Origin: Mobula hypostoma
Taxonomy: Eukaryota
DNA: 64,000 nt
Assembly (NCBI RefSeq): GCF_963921235.1
Contig: NC_086097.1
Span: 251,784,001-251,848,000, forward strand
Direction: 5' to 3'
Part shown: in pieces, positions 1-12,640 of the stretch
Layout of the letters: every line of letters starts with the position of its first letter
Position numbering within the stretch: the first letter of the stretch is position 1
The notes under the pieces: generated by a model
What the model saw: the letters and a program-made list of their open reading frames with translations, nothing else
Databases searched by the model: none
Told to the model about the DNA's origin: nothing
Position numbers and translations under genes: made by a program

Positions 1-3000
1 AGTCACAGAGTCAGATCAGTGTTCTGTCGATGGTTACAGGCCACAGTCATACAGTCAGATCAATGTTCTGCTGATGGTTACAGGCCACAGTCAAACAGTC
101 AGATCAGTGTTCTGTCGATGGTTACTGACCACAGTCACAGAGTCAGATCAGTGTTCTGTCGATGGTTACAGGCCACAGTCATACAGTCAGATCAGTGTTC
201 TGTCGATGGTTACAGGCCACAGTCATACAGTCAGATCAATGTTCACCGATGGTTACAGGCCACAGTCACAGAGTCAGATCAGTGTTCTGTCGATGGTTAC
301 AGGCCACAGTCACAGAGTCAGTTCAGTGTTCTGTTGATGGTCACAGGCCACAGTCACAGAGTCAGATCAGTGTTCTGTCGATGGTTACAGGCCACAGTCA
401 CCGAGTGAGTTCAGTGTTCTGCCGATGGTCACAGGCCACAGTCACAGAGTGAGATCAGTGTTCTGTCGATGGTTACAGGCCACAGTCACAGAGTGAGTTC
501 AGTGTTCTGCTGATGGTCACAGGCCACAGTCACAGAGTGAGATCAGTGTTCTGTAGATGGTTACTGACCACAGTCACAGAGTCAGATCAGTGTTCTGTCG
601 ATGGTTACAGGCCACAGTCACAGAGTCAGATCAGTGTTCTGTCGATGGTTACAGGCCACAGTCATACAGTCAGATCAATGTTCTGCTGATGGTTACAGGC
701 CACAGTCAAACAGTCAGATCAGTGTTCTGTCGATGGTTACTGACCACAGTCACAGAGTCAGATCAGTGTTCTGTCGATGGTTACAGGCCACAGTCATACA
801 GTCAGATCAGTGTTCTGTCGATGGTTACAGGCCACAGTCATACAGTCAGATCAATGTTCACCGATGGTTACAGGCCACAGTCACAGAGTCAGATCAGTGT
901 TCTGTTGATGGTTACAGGCCACAGTCACAGAGTCAGATCAGTGTTCTGTCGATGGTTACAGGCCACAGTCACAGAGTCAGATCAGTGTTCTGCCGATGGT
1001 TACAGGCCACGGTCACAGTTCAGTGTTCTGCCGATGGTTACTGACCACAGTCACAGTTCAGTGTTCTGCCAATGGTTACTGACCACAGTCACTGAGTCAG
1101 ATCAGTGTTCTGTCGATGGTTACAGGCCACAGTCACAGAGTCAGTTCAGTGTTCTGTTGATGGTCACAGGCCACAGTCACAGAGTCAGATCAGTGTTCTG
1201 TCGATGGTTACAGGCCACAGTCACCGAGTGAGTTCAGTGTTCTGCCGATGGTCACAGGCCACAGTCACAGAGTCAGATCAGTGTTCTGTCGATGGTTACA
1301 GGCCACAGTCACAGAGTCAGATCAGTGTTCTGTCGATGGTTACAGGCCACAGTCACAGAGTGAGTTCAGTGTTCTGCTGATGGTCACAGGCCACAGTCAC
1401 AGAGTGAGATCAGTGTTCTGTAGATGGTTACTGACCACAGTCACAGAGTCAGATCAGTGTTCTGTCGATGGTTACAGGCCACAGTCACAGAGTCAGATCA
1501 GTGTTCTGTCGATGGTTACAGGCCACAGTCATACAGTCAGATCAATGTTCTGCTGATGGTTACAGGCCACAGTCAAACAGTCAGATCAGTGTTCTGTCGA
1601 TGGTTACTGACCACAGTCACAGAGTCAGATCAGTGTTCTGTCGATGGTTACAGGCCACAGTCATACAGTCAGATCAGTGTTCTGTCGATGGTTACAGGCC
1701 ACAGTCATACAGTCAGATCAATGTTCACCAATGGTTACAGGCCACAGTCACAGAGTCAGATCAGTGTTCTGTTGATGGTTACAGGCCACAGTCACAGAGT
1801 CAGATCAGTGTTCTGTCGATGGTTACAGGCCACAGTCACAGAGTCAGATCAGTGTTCTGCCGATGGTTACAGGCCACAGTCACAGTTCAGTGTTCTGCCG
1901 ATGGTTACTGACCACAGTCACAGAGTCAGATCAGTGTTCTGTCGATGGTTACTGACCACAGTCACAGAGTCAGTTCAGTGTTCTGTCGATGGTTACTGAC
2001 CACAGTCACAGAGTCAGATCAGTGTTCTGTCGATGGTTACAGGCCACAGTCACAGAGTGAGTTCAGTGTTCTGCTGATGGTCACAGGCCAAAGTCACAGA
2101 GTGAGATCAGTGTTCCGTCGATGGTTACTGACCATAGTCACAGAGTCAGATCAGTGTTCTGTCGATGGTTACAGGCCACAGTCACAGAGTGAGTTCAGTG
2201 TTCTGTCGATGGTTACTGACCACAGTCACAGAGTCAGATCAGTGTTCCGCCGATGGTTACAGCCACAGTCATACAGTCAGATCAGTGTTCCGCCAATGGT
2301 TACAGGCCACAGTCATACAGTCAGATCAGTGTTCTGCCAATGGTTACAGGCCACAGTCACAGTTCAGTGTTCTGCCGATGGTTACTGACCACAGTCACCA
2401 AGTCAGATCAGTGTTCTGTCGATGGTTACTGACCACAGTCACAGAGTCAGTTCAGTGTTCTGTCGATGGTTACTGACCACAGTCACAGAGTCGGATCAGT
2501 GTTCTGTCGATCGTTACAGGCCACAGTCACAGAGTGAGTTCGGTGTTCTGCCAATGGTCACAGGCCAGAGTCACAGAGTCGGATCAGTGTTCTGTCGATC
2601 GTTACAGGCCACAGTCACAGAGTCACTTCAGTGTTCTGTCGATGGTTACTGACCACAGTCACAGAGTCAGATCAGTGTTCTGTCGATGGTTACAGGCCAC
2701 AGTCACAGAGTCAGATCAGTGTTCTGCCGATGGTCACAGGCCACAGTCACAGAGTCAGTTCAGTGTTCTGTTGATGGTCACAGGCCAGAGTCACAGAGTC
2801 AGATCAGTGTTCTGCCGATGGTTACAGGCCACAGTCACAGAGTCAGATCAGTGTTCTGCCGATGGTTACAGGCCACAGTCACAGAGTCAGATCAGTGTTC
2901 TGCCGATGGTTACAGGCCACAGTCACAGAGTCAGATCAGTGTTCTGTCGATGGTTACAGGCCACAGTCATACAGTCAGATCAATGTTCTGCCAATGGTTA

Positions 3001-3377
3001 CAGGCCACAGTCATACAGTCAGATCAGTGTTCTGCCAATGGTTACTGACCACAGTCACAGAGTCAGATCAGTGTTCTGTCGATGGTTACTGACCACAGTC
3101 ACAGAGTCAGTTCAGTGTTCTGTCGATGGTTACTGACCACAGTCACAGAGTTGGATCAGTGTTCTGTCGATCGTTACAGGCCACAGTCACAGAGTCACTT
3201 CAGTGTTCTGTCGATGGTTACTGACCACAGTCACAGAGTCAGATCAGTGTTCTGTCGATGGTTACAGGCCACAGTCACAGAGTCAGATCAGTGTTCTGCC
3301 GATGGTCACAGGCCAGAGTCACAGAGTGAGTTCAGTGTTCTGTCGATGGTTACTGGCCACAGTCACAGGGTCAGATT
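1..3377. repeat. 44-bp tandem satellite/minisatellite array (~77 units, runs off the left edge)
   Basis: Unit AGTCACAGAGTCAGATCAGTGTTCTGTCGATGGTTACAGGCCAC repeated with variants (TTACTGACC, GTCATAC, GTGAGTTC, occasional shortened units). Confidence 0.98.
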
Positions 3378-3476
3378 TGCGCTGAAGCACCTTGATCAAA
3401 TCGCTCAAAGAGCTAAAAGAAGTAAACATAAACACGAGGAACATGAACTGTTGAGTCCCTGAAAGCGTCTCTACGA

Positions 3477-3718
3477 CTGTGGAGTGTGGTCAGCGCTGAG
3501 GCAAGCCCATCTACAAGTCCAGTGGTGTGGGGCATCTCCCACACCTGCACCCACAGAACCGTGGAGTGTGGTCAGCGCTGAGGCGAGCCCATCCACCAAC
3601 CCAGTGGTGTGGGGCACGAGACACCGGCACCAACACGACTGTGGAGTGTGGTCAGTGATGAGGCGAGCCCATCCACAAGCCCAGTGGTGTGGGGCACGAG
3701 ACACCTGCACCTCCCACA
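3477..3718. repeat. Three imperfect tandem copies of an ~80-bp unit
   Basis: GTGGAGTGTGGTCAGYGMTGAGGCRAGCCCATC...CCAGTGGTGTGGGGCA starting at ~3479, ~3561 and ~3641. Confidence 0.9.
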
Positions 3719-4888
3719 TGCTGGCTGCAGCGAGAGAGACATTTGAATATGTTTCAATAAAGTTACCCTTTATCTATGTAATATCACTTTGCCCTGCAGG
3801 GATAATGTAGTTTGAAAAATGTTGATACAATATTTCTATAATTGATATTCCAAATTAGCTGTTGCAATGTCCTGAGATTACGTTGCTGATTCTTTGCTTT
3901 AGATAACGGTACATGATAATTCTAGTTCCGGTTGAAGCGTATTGTCATCTGACTGTACATGTATACAAACAAATGAAACAATGGTTCTCTGGACAGCAGT
4001 GAACCCAGACAACGTACATGAGACACACCACATAAAACAAAATGTTAATCAGCTATAATTCGAAATGCACAGCAAGGTAAACAGTAAACAGCCTGCTGTC
4101 CTAGTGGTGGCAGGGTATTCATTAGTATCACAGCCTGAGGGAAGAAGCTCGTGCCCAGTCTGGCAGCCCTAATCCTGATGCTCCTGTACCTCTTTCCTGA
4201 TGGTAGTGGGTCAGAGAGACTGTGGGATGGGTCGTAGGGATCCTGAACAATGTTTTGGGCCCTTCATCTACAACGCTCCCAGGAAGTGTGACAAATGTTA
4301 GATTAAATCAGCTTTATTTGTCATAGATACATCAAAATATCAGAATCTCCTGTGGGATTCAGCAAATTAGACTCTCCAGAGTGCAGGTACGGCTAGGGAA
4401 GCCATCGCTGGGGATGCATGCGGTGTCGACACCTGACGGCAGAAGACAAGCCAGTGCTCGGCTCCATCACTCTGTGCTGATTAAAGCATTGAGCAAGATT
4501 AAAGTTGTTGAGGATGATAGTGGAAAACGAACAGGCGATCAGCGCTGTCTGCCTGCATTTGACCGGTCTCCTTCTCTTCTCATTACTACCGTCGGACGAG
4601 AGGTTCAGGGGTCTTGAGGCTACATCTCCAGGTTCACCATCAGTTGTTGCCCTGCAGTCATTGGGCCCCAGGACTTCACTCACCTCAGTGCCAAACTGGC
4701 TCCATGGTTGGGCACTCAATCTGTGGTTCCTGCACTCTCTATTTGTTTATTTTTTTTAAATTATTTGCATGATTTGTTCTTTTCTCACACATTGGGTGTT
4801 TGACGGTCTTTGTTGTGTGGGTTTTAGTTAATGGATTAATGGATTTGTTTATTTGTTTTGTGGCTGCCTGCAGGAAGATGAATCTCAA

Positions 4889-7620
4889 TGTAATGCCCTG
4901 GTGAAGATTTTTACTGCTAACGCTGTAGGGTATTTCATTTGGTAGCTTTCTATAAAAAGCAGTGTGTCCTGCTGATAAAATGTCTGGTTTTTTGGCTAAA
5001 TCTTTGGTGTGATCCCAAGAGATGACCCACAAATAATGCTGGTGCTCTGAGCGGGGTAGATATCCACTGCCCGGAGGAATTGCTGATTAGAGTGCCGTGT
5101 TCAGTGAAAGTATTGGGGAAACTTACACTGGCTGAACAGCTGTTTGATCAATCACACGCACAATGCTGGAGGAACTCAGCAGGCCAGGCAGCATGTAGGA
5201 GAAGAGTACGGTCGCGCCTTCAGGCTGAAACCCAGTTTCAGCACGTCCTTTCTAAAATGAGGGGCCCAAACCTGCTCACGATACTCCAAGTGAGGCCTCA
5301 CCAGTGCTTCATAAAGTTTCAACATTACATCCTTGCTTTTATATTCTAGTGCTCTTGAAATGAAAGCTAACATCACATTTGTCTTCCTCACCAGACTCAA
5401 CCTGAAAATTCACCTTTAGGGAATCCTGCATAAGTACTCCCAAGTCTCTTTGAACTTCAGTTGTTTTGTATTTTCTCTCCATTTTGAAAATAGTCACCCC
5501 TTTCATTTTTTCTACTGAAGTACATGACCATACACTTCCCAACTCTGTATTCCATCTGCCATTTCTTTGCCCGTTCTCCTAATCTGTCTGTCCTTCTGTA
5601 GCCTCTCTAATCCCTCAAAACTACCTGCCCCTTCACTTATCTTCATATCATCTGCAAACTATCAATTCCATCTTCCAAATCATTGACATAAAACATAAAA
5701 AGAATCGGTCCCAACACAGACACCTGTTGAACACTACTAGTCACCGTCACCCAACCAGAAAAGGCTCCCTTTATTCCCATTCTTTGCATCCTCCCATTCA
5801 GCCACTGCTTTATCCACGCTAGAAACTTTCCTGTAATACCATGGACTCGTAGCTTGTTAAGCAGCCTCATGTGTGGCACCTTGTCAAGGGCCTTCTGAAA
5901 ATCCAAGTACACAACATGAAACAATTCTCCTTCGTCTACTCTGCCTTGCTCCTTCTAATAAGAATTCCAACAGATTTGTCAGGCAAGGTTCTCCCTTGAG
6001 GAAACCATGCTGACTATGGTTTATTTTGTCATGTGCCTCCAGGTATCCTGAAACATCATACAAAGGATCAGAGGGCATCCACAGTTGGCAAAGTATTGTG
6101 GGAAAAGTATTTTGTTCATTATGGCCTCCCAAGAAGAATACACGGTGCTCAGGGAAGGGATTTTGAGAGTCCGCTCATAGATGAGTTACTGAGTATGCTT
6201 GGAGTTGAGAAGTCGAGGACTACCCCCTATCATCCTCAGGGCGATCCCCAGCCTGAAAGGTTCAACCGGACATTGTTAGAAATGCTTGGAGCCCTGGATA
6301 TTAGCAAACAAAAACAAATGGAGTCAGCATATTGGGCATCTACAACTGTGCATAGAATGAAGCCATAGGATACCCACCATATTATTTGATGTTTGGGCAT
6401 CTACAGCTGCACACAGAATGAAGCTACAGGATACCCACCATACTTTTGATGTTTGGGCACAAAGCAAGATTGCCTATAGATCTCCGTTTTGGGGTTGGTA
6501 GTGAAGACTTACCACAGAAGACATATTTCAAGTATGTGTCTGACATGAGGAAAGAACTGCAACAGACTTATAAGCTAGCAGCGGTCTCTGCTACCAAGCA
6601 GAATCAGGGAAACAAGGGGAGATATTATAAAATGATGAAGTTTTCTCAACTGATGGCTGGAGACAAAGTTTGAATCAGGAATTTGGGGCTACCTGGGAAG
6701 CATAAGTTGGCTGACCACTGGGTGTCTACGCCTTGCATAGTGGAGAGCCAAATTCCAAATGTGCCAGTTTTCCGGGTGAAGCCAGAAAGTGGGAATGGCC
6801 CCGTCAAAAATCTCCATCAGAATCAGCTTTTCCCTCTAGGGCAAGAGGTACATGTTGACCCAGATCCTGACCTGACCCTACACCTGGTAGAACAGAAAGG
6901 CAATCAGTAGAAAGACCTGAAAAGGACCCAACCACTGAATGCTGTACAGACTCAGAGGATGAGGAAATGGGGGTATGGTATATGTTACCCTATGCAAACT
7001 CCCCAAGAATTGATGAAGGGATTCCTGAATCTCCCAACCCTGACTCAGATGTAGCAGAGGGGTCTGGCAGTGGACAGGCAGACGCAATGCCAGTCAGTGA
7101 GGAGAAGCTGGGCTCCGATGTAGTTGGGGATGAAACTGAGCTCAGTCAGGTGCCAGGGGAACTTGACTTGCCGGAAGGTGCGAGTGAGAGACAGGAGGAG
7201 GCATCCCCAAGTAGACAGGAAAGGTCCCAAACAGTGCCTGAGGCTGAAGAAAGTGAAGATGAGATAAGAGGTCCCAGAGAGTCAGGAAATGCCCAGTTGG
7301 CTGGCAAATCGGGTGGGGTTCCTGAAATCACAATATTCATTTGAATGCTGTGTTATTAATAATGGTTTGATAGGTTTCAAAGTGATGAGGACATGACTAT
7401 TTTTGGTGGGGGGAGAACGTAATGCCCTGGTTAAGATTTTGACTGCTAATGCTGTGGGCTATTTCATTTGGTAGCTTTCTGTAAAAGCAGTGTGTCCTGC
7501 TGGTAGAAATGTTTGGGTTTTTGGCTAAAGATAAGGGGCTATGATGTTCAGATTAGGAATATTGTGTCAGCCAATCAGGATGGTCCAATAGGGAGAAGGT
7601 TCTAGAGAAAGCTGGGCAGT
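4889..7620 (+). mobile_element. Degenerate Gypsy/Ty3 LTR retrotransposon relic (5' LTR fragment, integrase, PPT, 3' LTR fragment)
   Basis: Direct repeat (T/C)GTAATGCCCTGG..AAGATTTT.ACTGCTAA at 4889 and 7418; purine tract GGTGGGGGGAGAA immediately before 7418; integrase-like peptides HYGLPRRIH..QGRDFES, SRTTPYHPQGDPQPERFNRTLLEML and MFGHKARLPIDL at 6060-6860. Confidence 0.85.
5245..6052 (-). mobile_element. CR1 LINE RT fragment inserted in the Gypsy relic
   Basis: Minus-strand peptides [41 protein letters not shown]. Confidence 0.9.
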
Positions 7621-7934
7621 ATTTACACAGCATTCATTTAAATCGTGGTTGCATTAATAGAAGCATCCCAACTTTCCTCTTTGGTTAGACCCAAAGCATA
7701 TCAACCTTAGACGTATATTGTTTAAGAAAAGTGGCCTTCTCACCGCTGAGTCCAGTGGCTTTTAGCAGAGCTGGCTAACAAGCCATGTTTCCATACAAGC
7801 CTGGTGAGGGGGACTTCATGTACACAGTTTGATAACAAATGTACTTTGAAATGTGTGGTTTGCGTGAGAATGTGCCTGTGGTAGCCCACAAGTGTCAACA
7901 TGTTTCCAACACCAGCATTGCGTGAACACAGCTC

Positions 7935-8095
7935 ACTAACCCTAATCTGTAGATCTTTGGACTGTAGGAGGAAACTGAAGCACCCAGAGGAAACCCACAT
8001 GGTCATGGGGAGACCGTGCAAACTCCTTACAGACAGCAATGGAATTGAACCTCAGCCGCTGCCACTGTTAGAGCATTGCTCAAACTGCGTGTTGT
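7935..8095 (-). mobile_element. V-SINE/HE1-like SINE fragment (other copies at ~14645-14900 -, ~27270-27465 -, ~38300-38480 +, ~40905-41093 +, ~51775-52040 -)
   Basis: Reverse complement carries the V-SINE-like core GGAGTTTGCACGGTCTCCCC...GTGGGTTTCCTCTGGGTGCTTCAGTTTCCTCCTACAGTCCAAAGA. Confidence 0.7.
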
Positions 8096-8299
8096 AAATA
8101 AAATGTAGAATAAAATTTAAATTTTTTAATAAAATAAAACATAATGTCACAATCTAATGTACGTTTAATATTCAAATGTTTCAATAAAGCTTCTCTTAAT
8201 CTATGCAATATCACTTACTCCTGCAGGGACAATCTTGTTTGAAAAATGTTGATATTTCTGTAACTGCTGTTATTGATTGTGTTAATATTCCAAATATTC

Positions 8300-8760
8300 T
8301 GAGCCAAGGGGCCAGACTCAGTGCCAGAGGCACAGCCTCTGTTGCTTCCCCCAGGTCGGTCCCCTGGTCAGTACTGAAAATGAAGTACTTACTGTTGAGA
8401 CGGGCAGCCACAGAGGAGCTCTCCACTCTCTGACAGTCACCCATTTATCTGATTTAGAATCTCAGTTTAGGATCCAATTTAGAATTTCATCCCAAGGACC
8501 AGACCTATCCATTTCCATAATTACCTTGAAACTAATGGCATTATGATCACTGGATGCAAAATGTTCCCGTACACAAACAACTGTCACCTGCCCTATCTCA
8601 TTCCTTAACTGGACATTTTGTATCACACACTCTCTCATTGGGCTTCTACACACTGATTAAAGAAACTTTCCTGAACACATTTGAACGCCTTCCCATCCAA
8701 CCCTTTTACAGAATGGAAGGCCCAGTCAATATTTGGAAAGTTAAAATCACCTACTACTGT
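8300..8760 (-). mobile_element. CR1 ORF1/endonuclease fragment
   Basis: APE motif EHFASSDHNAISF on the minus strand. Confidence 0.8.
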
Positions 8761-8901
8761 CACAATCCCTTGTTGTGCTTGTTAAATGTCTGTGCTCTTT
8801 TCCAGTGGGAATTTAATTTGATCTAATCAATGTAGCATTCAACCAGAATGACTCAGTGACTGAAGAATGGCCTCACACACAACATTAAACGAACAATCTT
8901 G

Positions 8902-9140
8902 AAATGCTGTAGGAACTCAACAGGTCAGGCAGCATCTACGGAGAGGAATAGTCAATGTTTTGGGGCTGAGACCCTTCATCAGGACTGGAAACAGCTTCTG
9001 TCCCCTTCCCTTCCAGTCCTGGTGAAGGGATTTAGCTTGAAACAACTGTTTATTCATTTCCATAGATGCTGCCTGACCTGCTGAGTTCCTCCAGTATTGT
9101 GTGTGTGTTGCTCTGGATTTCCAGCATGGCAGAATCCCTT
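8902..9140. mobile_element. Penelope pLTR-derived fold-back element
   Basis: Inverted arms AAATGCTG.AGGAACTCA.CAGG.CAGGCAGCATCTA and its reverse complement, with decayed hammerhead motifs; same sequence family as the Penelope terminus at 18030-18160. Confidence 0.75.
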
Positions 9141-9357
9141 ATGTTTATGCAGGACCCATGGTTGATGTGGCTCTGTTAAATGTTGATGTGTATTTATTCT
9201 AGTCTGCCTCTCATTATTCCAGACTGTCTTATTTAAAAAATAAAGATAATCTTTAAGATTAAGATCCTTAATCTTCAGATTGCTGATTCCTTGTTTAAAG
9301 TCAAAAGGCACATAATAACTTCATCTTGCAGATATGTTATCAGAATAATTCAATAGT

Positions 9358-9883
9358 TAAGACCATAAAACATAGGAGCAGAATTGGGCCAATTGGCCCA
9401 TCAAGTCTGCTGCACCATTCCAGCATGACTGATTTATTATCCCTCTCAACCTCATTCTCCTTCTCCCTGTAACCTTTGACACCCTGACTAATCAAGAAAC
9501 TATCAACCTCTGCTATAAATATGCCCAATAAGTTAACCTCCATCGTCCATGGCAATGGATTCCACAGATTCATCACCTTCTGGCTAAAGAAATTCCTCCT
9601 CATCTCTGTTCTAAATGGACATCCCTTTACTTTGAGGCTGTGCCCTCTGGTCCTTGACACACTCACTTAAGGAAACATCTTCTCCACATTCATTCTTTCC
9701 AGAGCTTTCAATATTTGAAAGGTTTCAATGAGATCCCACCCCATTCTTCTAAACTCCAGTGAGTACTGGCCCCGAGCCCATGATCCTCATACGGTAACAC
9801 TTTCATTCCCTGAATCTTTCTCGTGAACCTCCTCTGGACCCTCTCCAATACCAGCACGTCTTTTCCTAGATAAGAGGCCCAAA
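9358..9883 (-). mobile_element. CR1 3' fragment (continues at ~11160-11275 beyond a nested CR1)
   Basis: RTRGHSLKVKGCPFRTEMRRNFFSQKVMNLWN plus CR1 3' UTR hairpin and tail. Confidence 0.88.
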
Positions 9884-11159
9884 TAAGAAGGTCACGTTTG
9901 ACAAATCTTATTAAATTTTTTGATGAGGTTACTAAGAAAGTTGACGAGGGTAAAGCGGTGGATGTTGTCTATATGGACCTCATGGGGCCTTTGACAAGGT
10001 TCCACACGGAAGGCTAGTTAGGAAGGTTCAATCGTTAGGCATTAATATGGAAGTAGTAAAATGGATTCAGCAGTGGCTGGGTGGGAGACGCCAGAGAGTA
10101 GTGGTGGATAACTGTGTGTCAGATTGGGGGACGGTGTGTAACGGTGTGCCTCAGGGATCTGTACTGGGTCCGGTGTTGTTTGTCATATATATTAATGATC
10201 TGGATGATGGGATGGTAAATTGGATTAGTAAGTATGCAGATGATACTAAGATAGGTGGCGTTGTGGATGATGAGGTAGGTTTTCAAAGCTTGCAGAGAGA
10301 TTTAGGACAGTTAGAAGAGTGGGCTGAAAGATGGCAGATGGAGTTTAATGCTGAAAAATATGAGGTGCTACATTTTGGTAGGACTAATCAAAATAGGACA
10401 TACATGGTAAATGGTAGGGCATTGAAGAATGCTGTAGAACTGAGGGATCTAGGAATAATGGTGCATAGTTCCCTGAAGGTGGAATCTCATGTGGATAGGG
10501 TGGTGAAGAAAGATTTTGGTATGCTGGCCTTTAGTATTCAGAGCATTGAGTATAGGAGTTGGGATGTAGTGTTGAAATTGTATAGGGCATTGGTATGGCC
10601 AAATTTGGAGTATTGTGTACAGGTCTGGTCACCGAATTATAGGAAAAATGTCAACAAAACTGAGAGAGTACAGAGAAGATTTACTAGAATGTTACCTGGG
10701 TTTCATCTCCTAAGTTACAGAGAAAGGTTGAACAAGTTGAGTCTTTATTCTTTGGAGCATAGAAGGTTGAGGGGGGGACTTGATAAGAGGTATTTAAAAT
10801 TATGAGGGAGATAGACAGAGTCGACGTGGATAGGCTTTTTCCATTGGGAGTGGGGGAGATTCAAACAAGAGGACATGATTTGAGAGTTAAAGGGAAAAAG
10901 TTTAGGGGTAACATGAGGGGGAACTTCTTTACTCAGAGAGTGGTAGCTGTGTGGAACGAGCTTCCAGCAGAAGTGGTTGAGGCAGGTTCGATGTTGTCAT
11001 TTAAAGTTAAACTGGATAGATATATGGACAGGAAAGGAATGGAGGGTTATGGGCTGAGTGCAGGTCGGTGGGACTAGGTGAGAGTAAAAGTTCAGCACGG
11101 ACTAGAAGGGCTGAGATGGCCTGTTTCCGTGCTGTAATTGTTATATGGTTATATGGTTA
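9884..11159 (+). mobile_element. 5'-truncated CR1 LINE (RT domain to 3' tail)
   Basis: GVPQGSVLGPVLF, SKYADD, TRGHDLRV, NFFTQRVV; tail GTTATATG repeats. Confidence 0.95.
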
Positions 11160-11325
11160 AAACTGCTTACAACACTCCAAGTGTGGCCTGAGCGATTCTT
11201 TATAAAGCATCAGCATTACATCCTTGCTTTTATACTCTAGTCCTCTCGAAATGAACATTGCATTTGTTTTCCTAAGGTCTCAAATTGATGTTGCTTTCTC
11301 TTTACATTGTGACTAATACTTGCAG

Positions 11326-11551
11326 GTGGAGAGGAGAGATTCGAAGTCGATAGAAGTTCAGGTATCATCAAGACGACGGGCTTAACTCTGCTCAGGAACA
11401 ACGAATATGTGTTGACCGTTTTGGCTGTCAATAAGGAAGGCAACAAGGGACCTCATGCATCTGTTTTCATCCTGGTTGGCTCCAGGCCTCCACAGTTTCT
11501 TAATGTATCCTACAATGTATTTGTTTCAGAAAATATCCCTGCCGGACAACC
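11326..11551 (+). CDS. Cadherin gene exon A (type III / neural-cadherin-like)
   Basis: tgcag|GT acceptor, CC|gtaagt donor; translates to GEERFEVDRSSGIIKTTGLTLLRNNEYVLTVLAVNKEGNKGPHASVFILVGSRPPQFLNVSYNVFVSENIPAGQP; phase 1 in, phase 2 out. Confidence 0.92.
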
Positions 11552-11633
11552 GTAAGTAGTAAAAATTAAGAGTAAATTGAAAGGGTCTGTACTGTACTGT
11601 AACGTGCTATGTTTTATAGTATGTAATGATAAT

Positions 11634-11813
11634 TATATAACCATATAACAATTACAGCATGGAAACAGGCCATCTCGGCCCTTCTAGTCCGTGCCGAACT
11701 CTTACTCTCACCTAGTCCCACCGACCTGCACTCAGCCCATAACCCTCCATTCCTTTCCTGTCCATATATCTATCCAATTTAACTTTAAACAACATCGAAC
11801 CTGCCTCAACCAC
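11634..11813 (-). mobile_element. Short CR1 3' end, same subfamily as 9884-11159, inverted
   Basis: Reverse complement of ~10973-11153 with about five substitutions and one 3-nt indel. Confidence 0.95.
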
Positions 11814-11840
11814 CCCTCAACCACAACTTAATTCACCATA

Positions 11841-12275
11841 TACACTCAGTGGCCCTTTTATCAGCTCCACCTGTACACTGGTCATTAGGAAGCAACACAG
11901 TGCATAAAAGCATGCAAACATGATCAGATTAAACACCAGAATAGGGAAGAAATGTGATCTAAGTGACTTTGACCATGGAATGATTGGTGCCAGACAGGGT
12001 AGTCTGAGTATCTCAGAAACAGCTGATCTCCTGGGATTTTCACGTACAATAGTCTCTAGAGTTTACAGAGAATGGTGTGAAAAATCAAAAAAAAAAATCC
12101 AGTGAGCAGCAGTGGGCAAAAACATCTTGTTAATGAGAGAGCTCAGAGGAGTATAGCCAAACTGGTTCAAGCTGACAGGAAGGCAACAGTAACTCAAATA
12201 ACCACACCTTACAATAATGATGTGCAGACGAACATCTCAGTACAGGAGATACATAATAAAATGGCCATGAGTGTA
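11841..12275 (+). mobile_element. Internally deleted Tc1/mariner DNA transposon (other pieces at ~30007, ~36470-36528 + 37962-38225, ~50012-50488 -)
   Basis: TA-flanked TIRs CACTCAGTGGCC...TTTA / TAAA.TGGCCATGAGTG; transposase N-terminus GKKCDLSDFDHGMIGARQGSLSISETADLLGFSRTIVSRVYREW. Confidence 0.88.
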
Positions 12276-12640
12276 CATTTACATGTATTAGAATTTTCTA
12301 ACATTTACACTCTGAGAACTAAACTATGCAGGTGAGTTTTAAAAATAGCACATGCCCATCATTTAAGGAATACTCCTTAGAGATTAAAATCTAAATATCG
12401 GCCGTAATTCTTAATCAACTGAAAGCAAATAAAGAACAAGGTTTACATTGAAGTTCTATAACCGTAAATTTTCAGGGTAAGCTAAGAAAATACAGATTGA
12501 ACTTCAAAGAATACAGCACAAGAAAAGGCCCCTCAGCCCACAATGTTGTGCTGAACCAATTAAATTAGTCCAATCACAAACAAAAGAAAATCTGCAAACA
12601 CTGGAAATCCAAGCAACACACAGAATTCTGGAGGAACTCA

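Noticed and set aside
19..3462. Many repetitive ORFs (MVTGHSHRVRSVFCRW...)
   Set aside because: Artefact of a 44-bp unit with few stop codons read in all three frames; no domain or splice structure
6967..7344. Acidic 125-aa ORF as a host gene
   Set aside because: Lies between the Gypsy integrase and the PPT; best explained as the low-complexity pol tail
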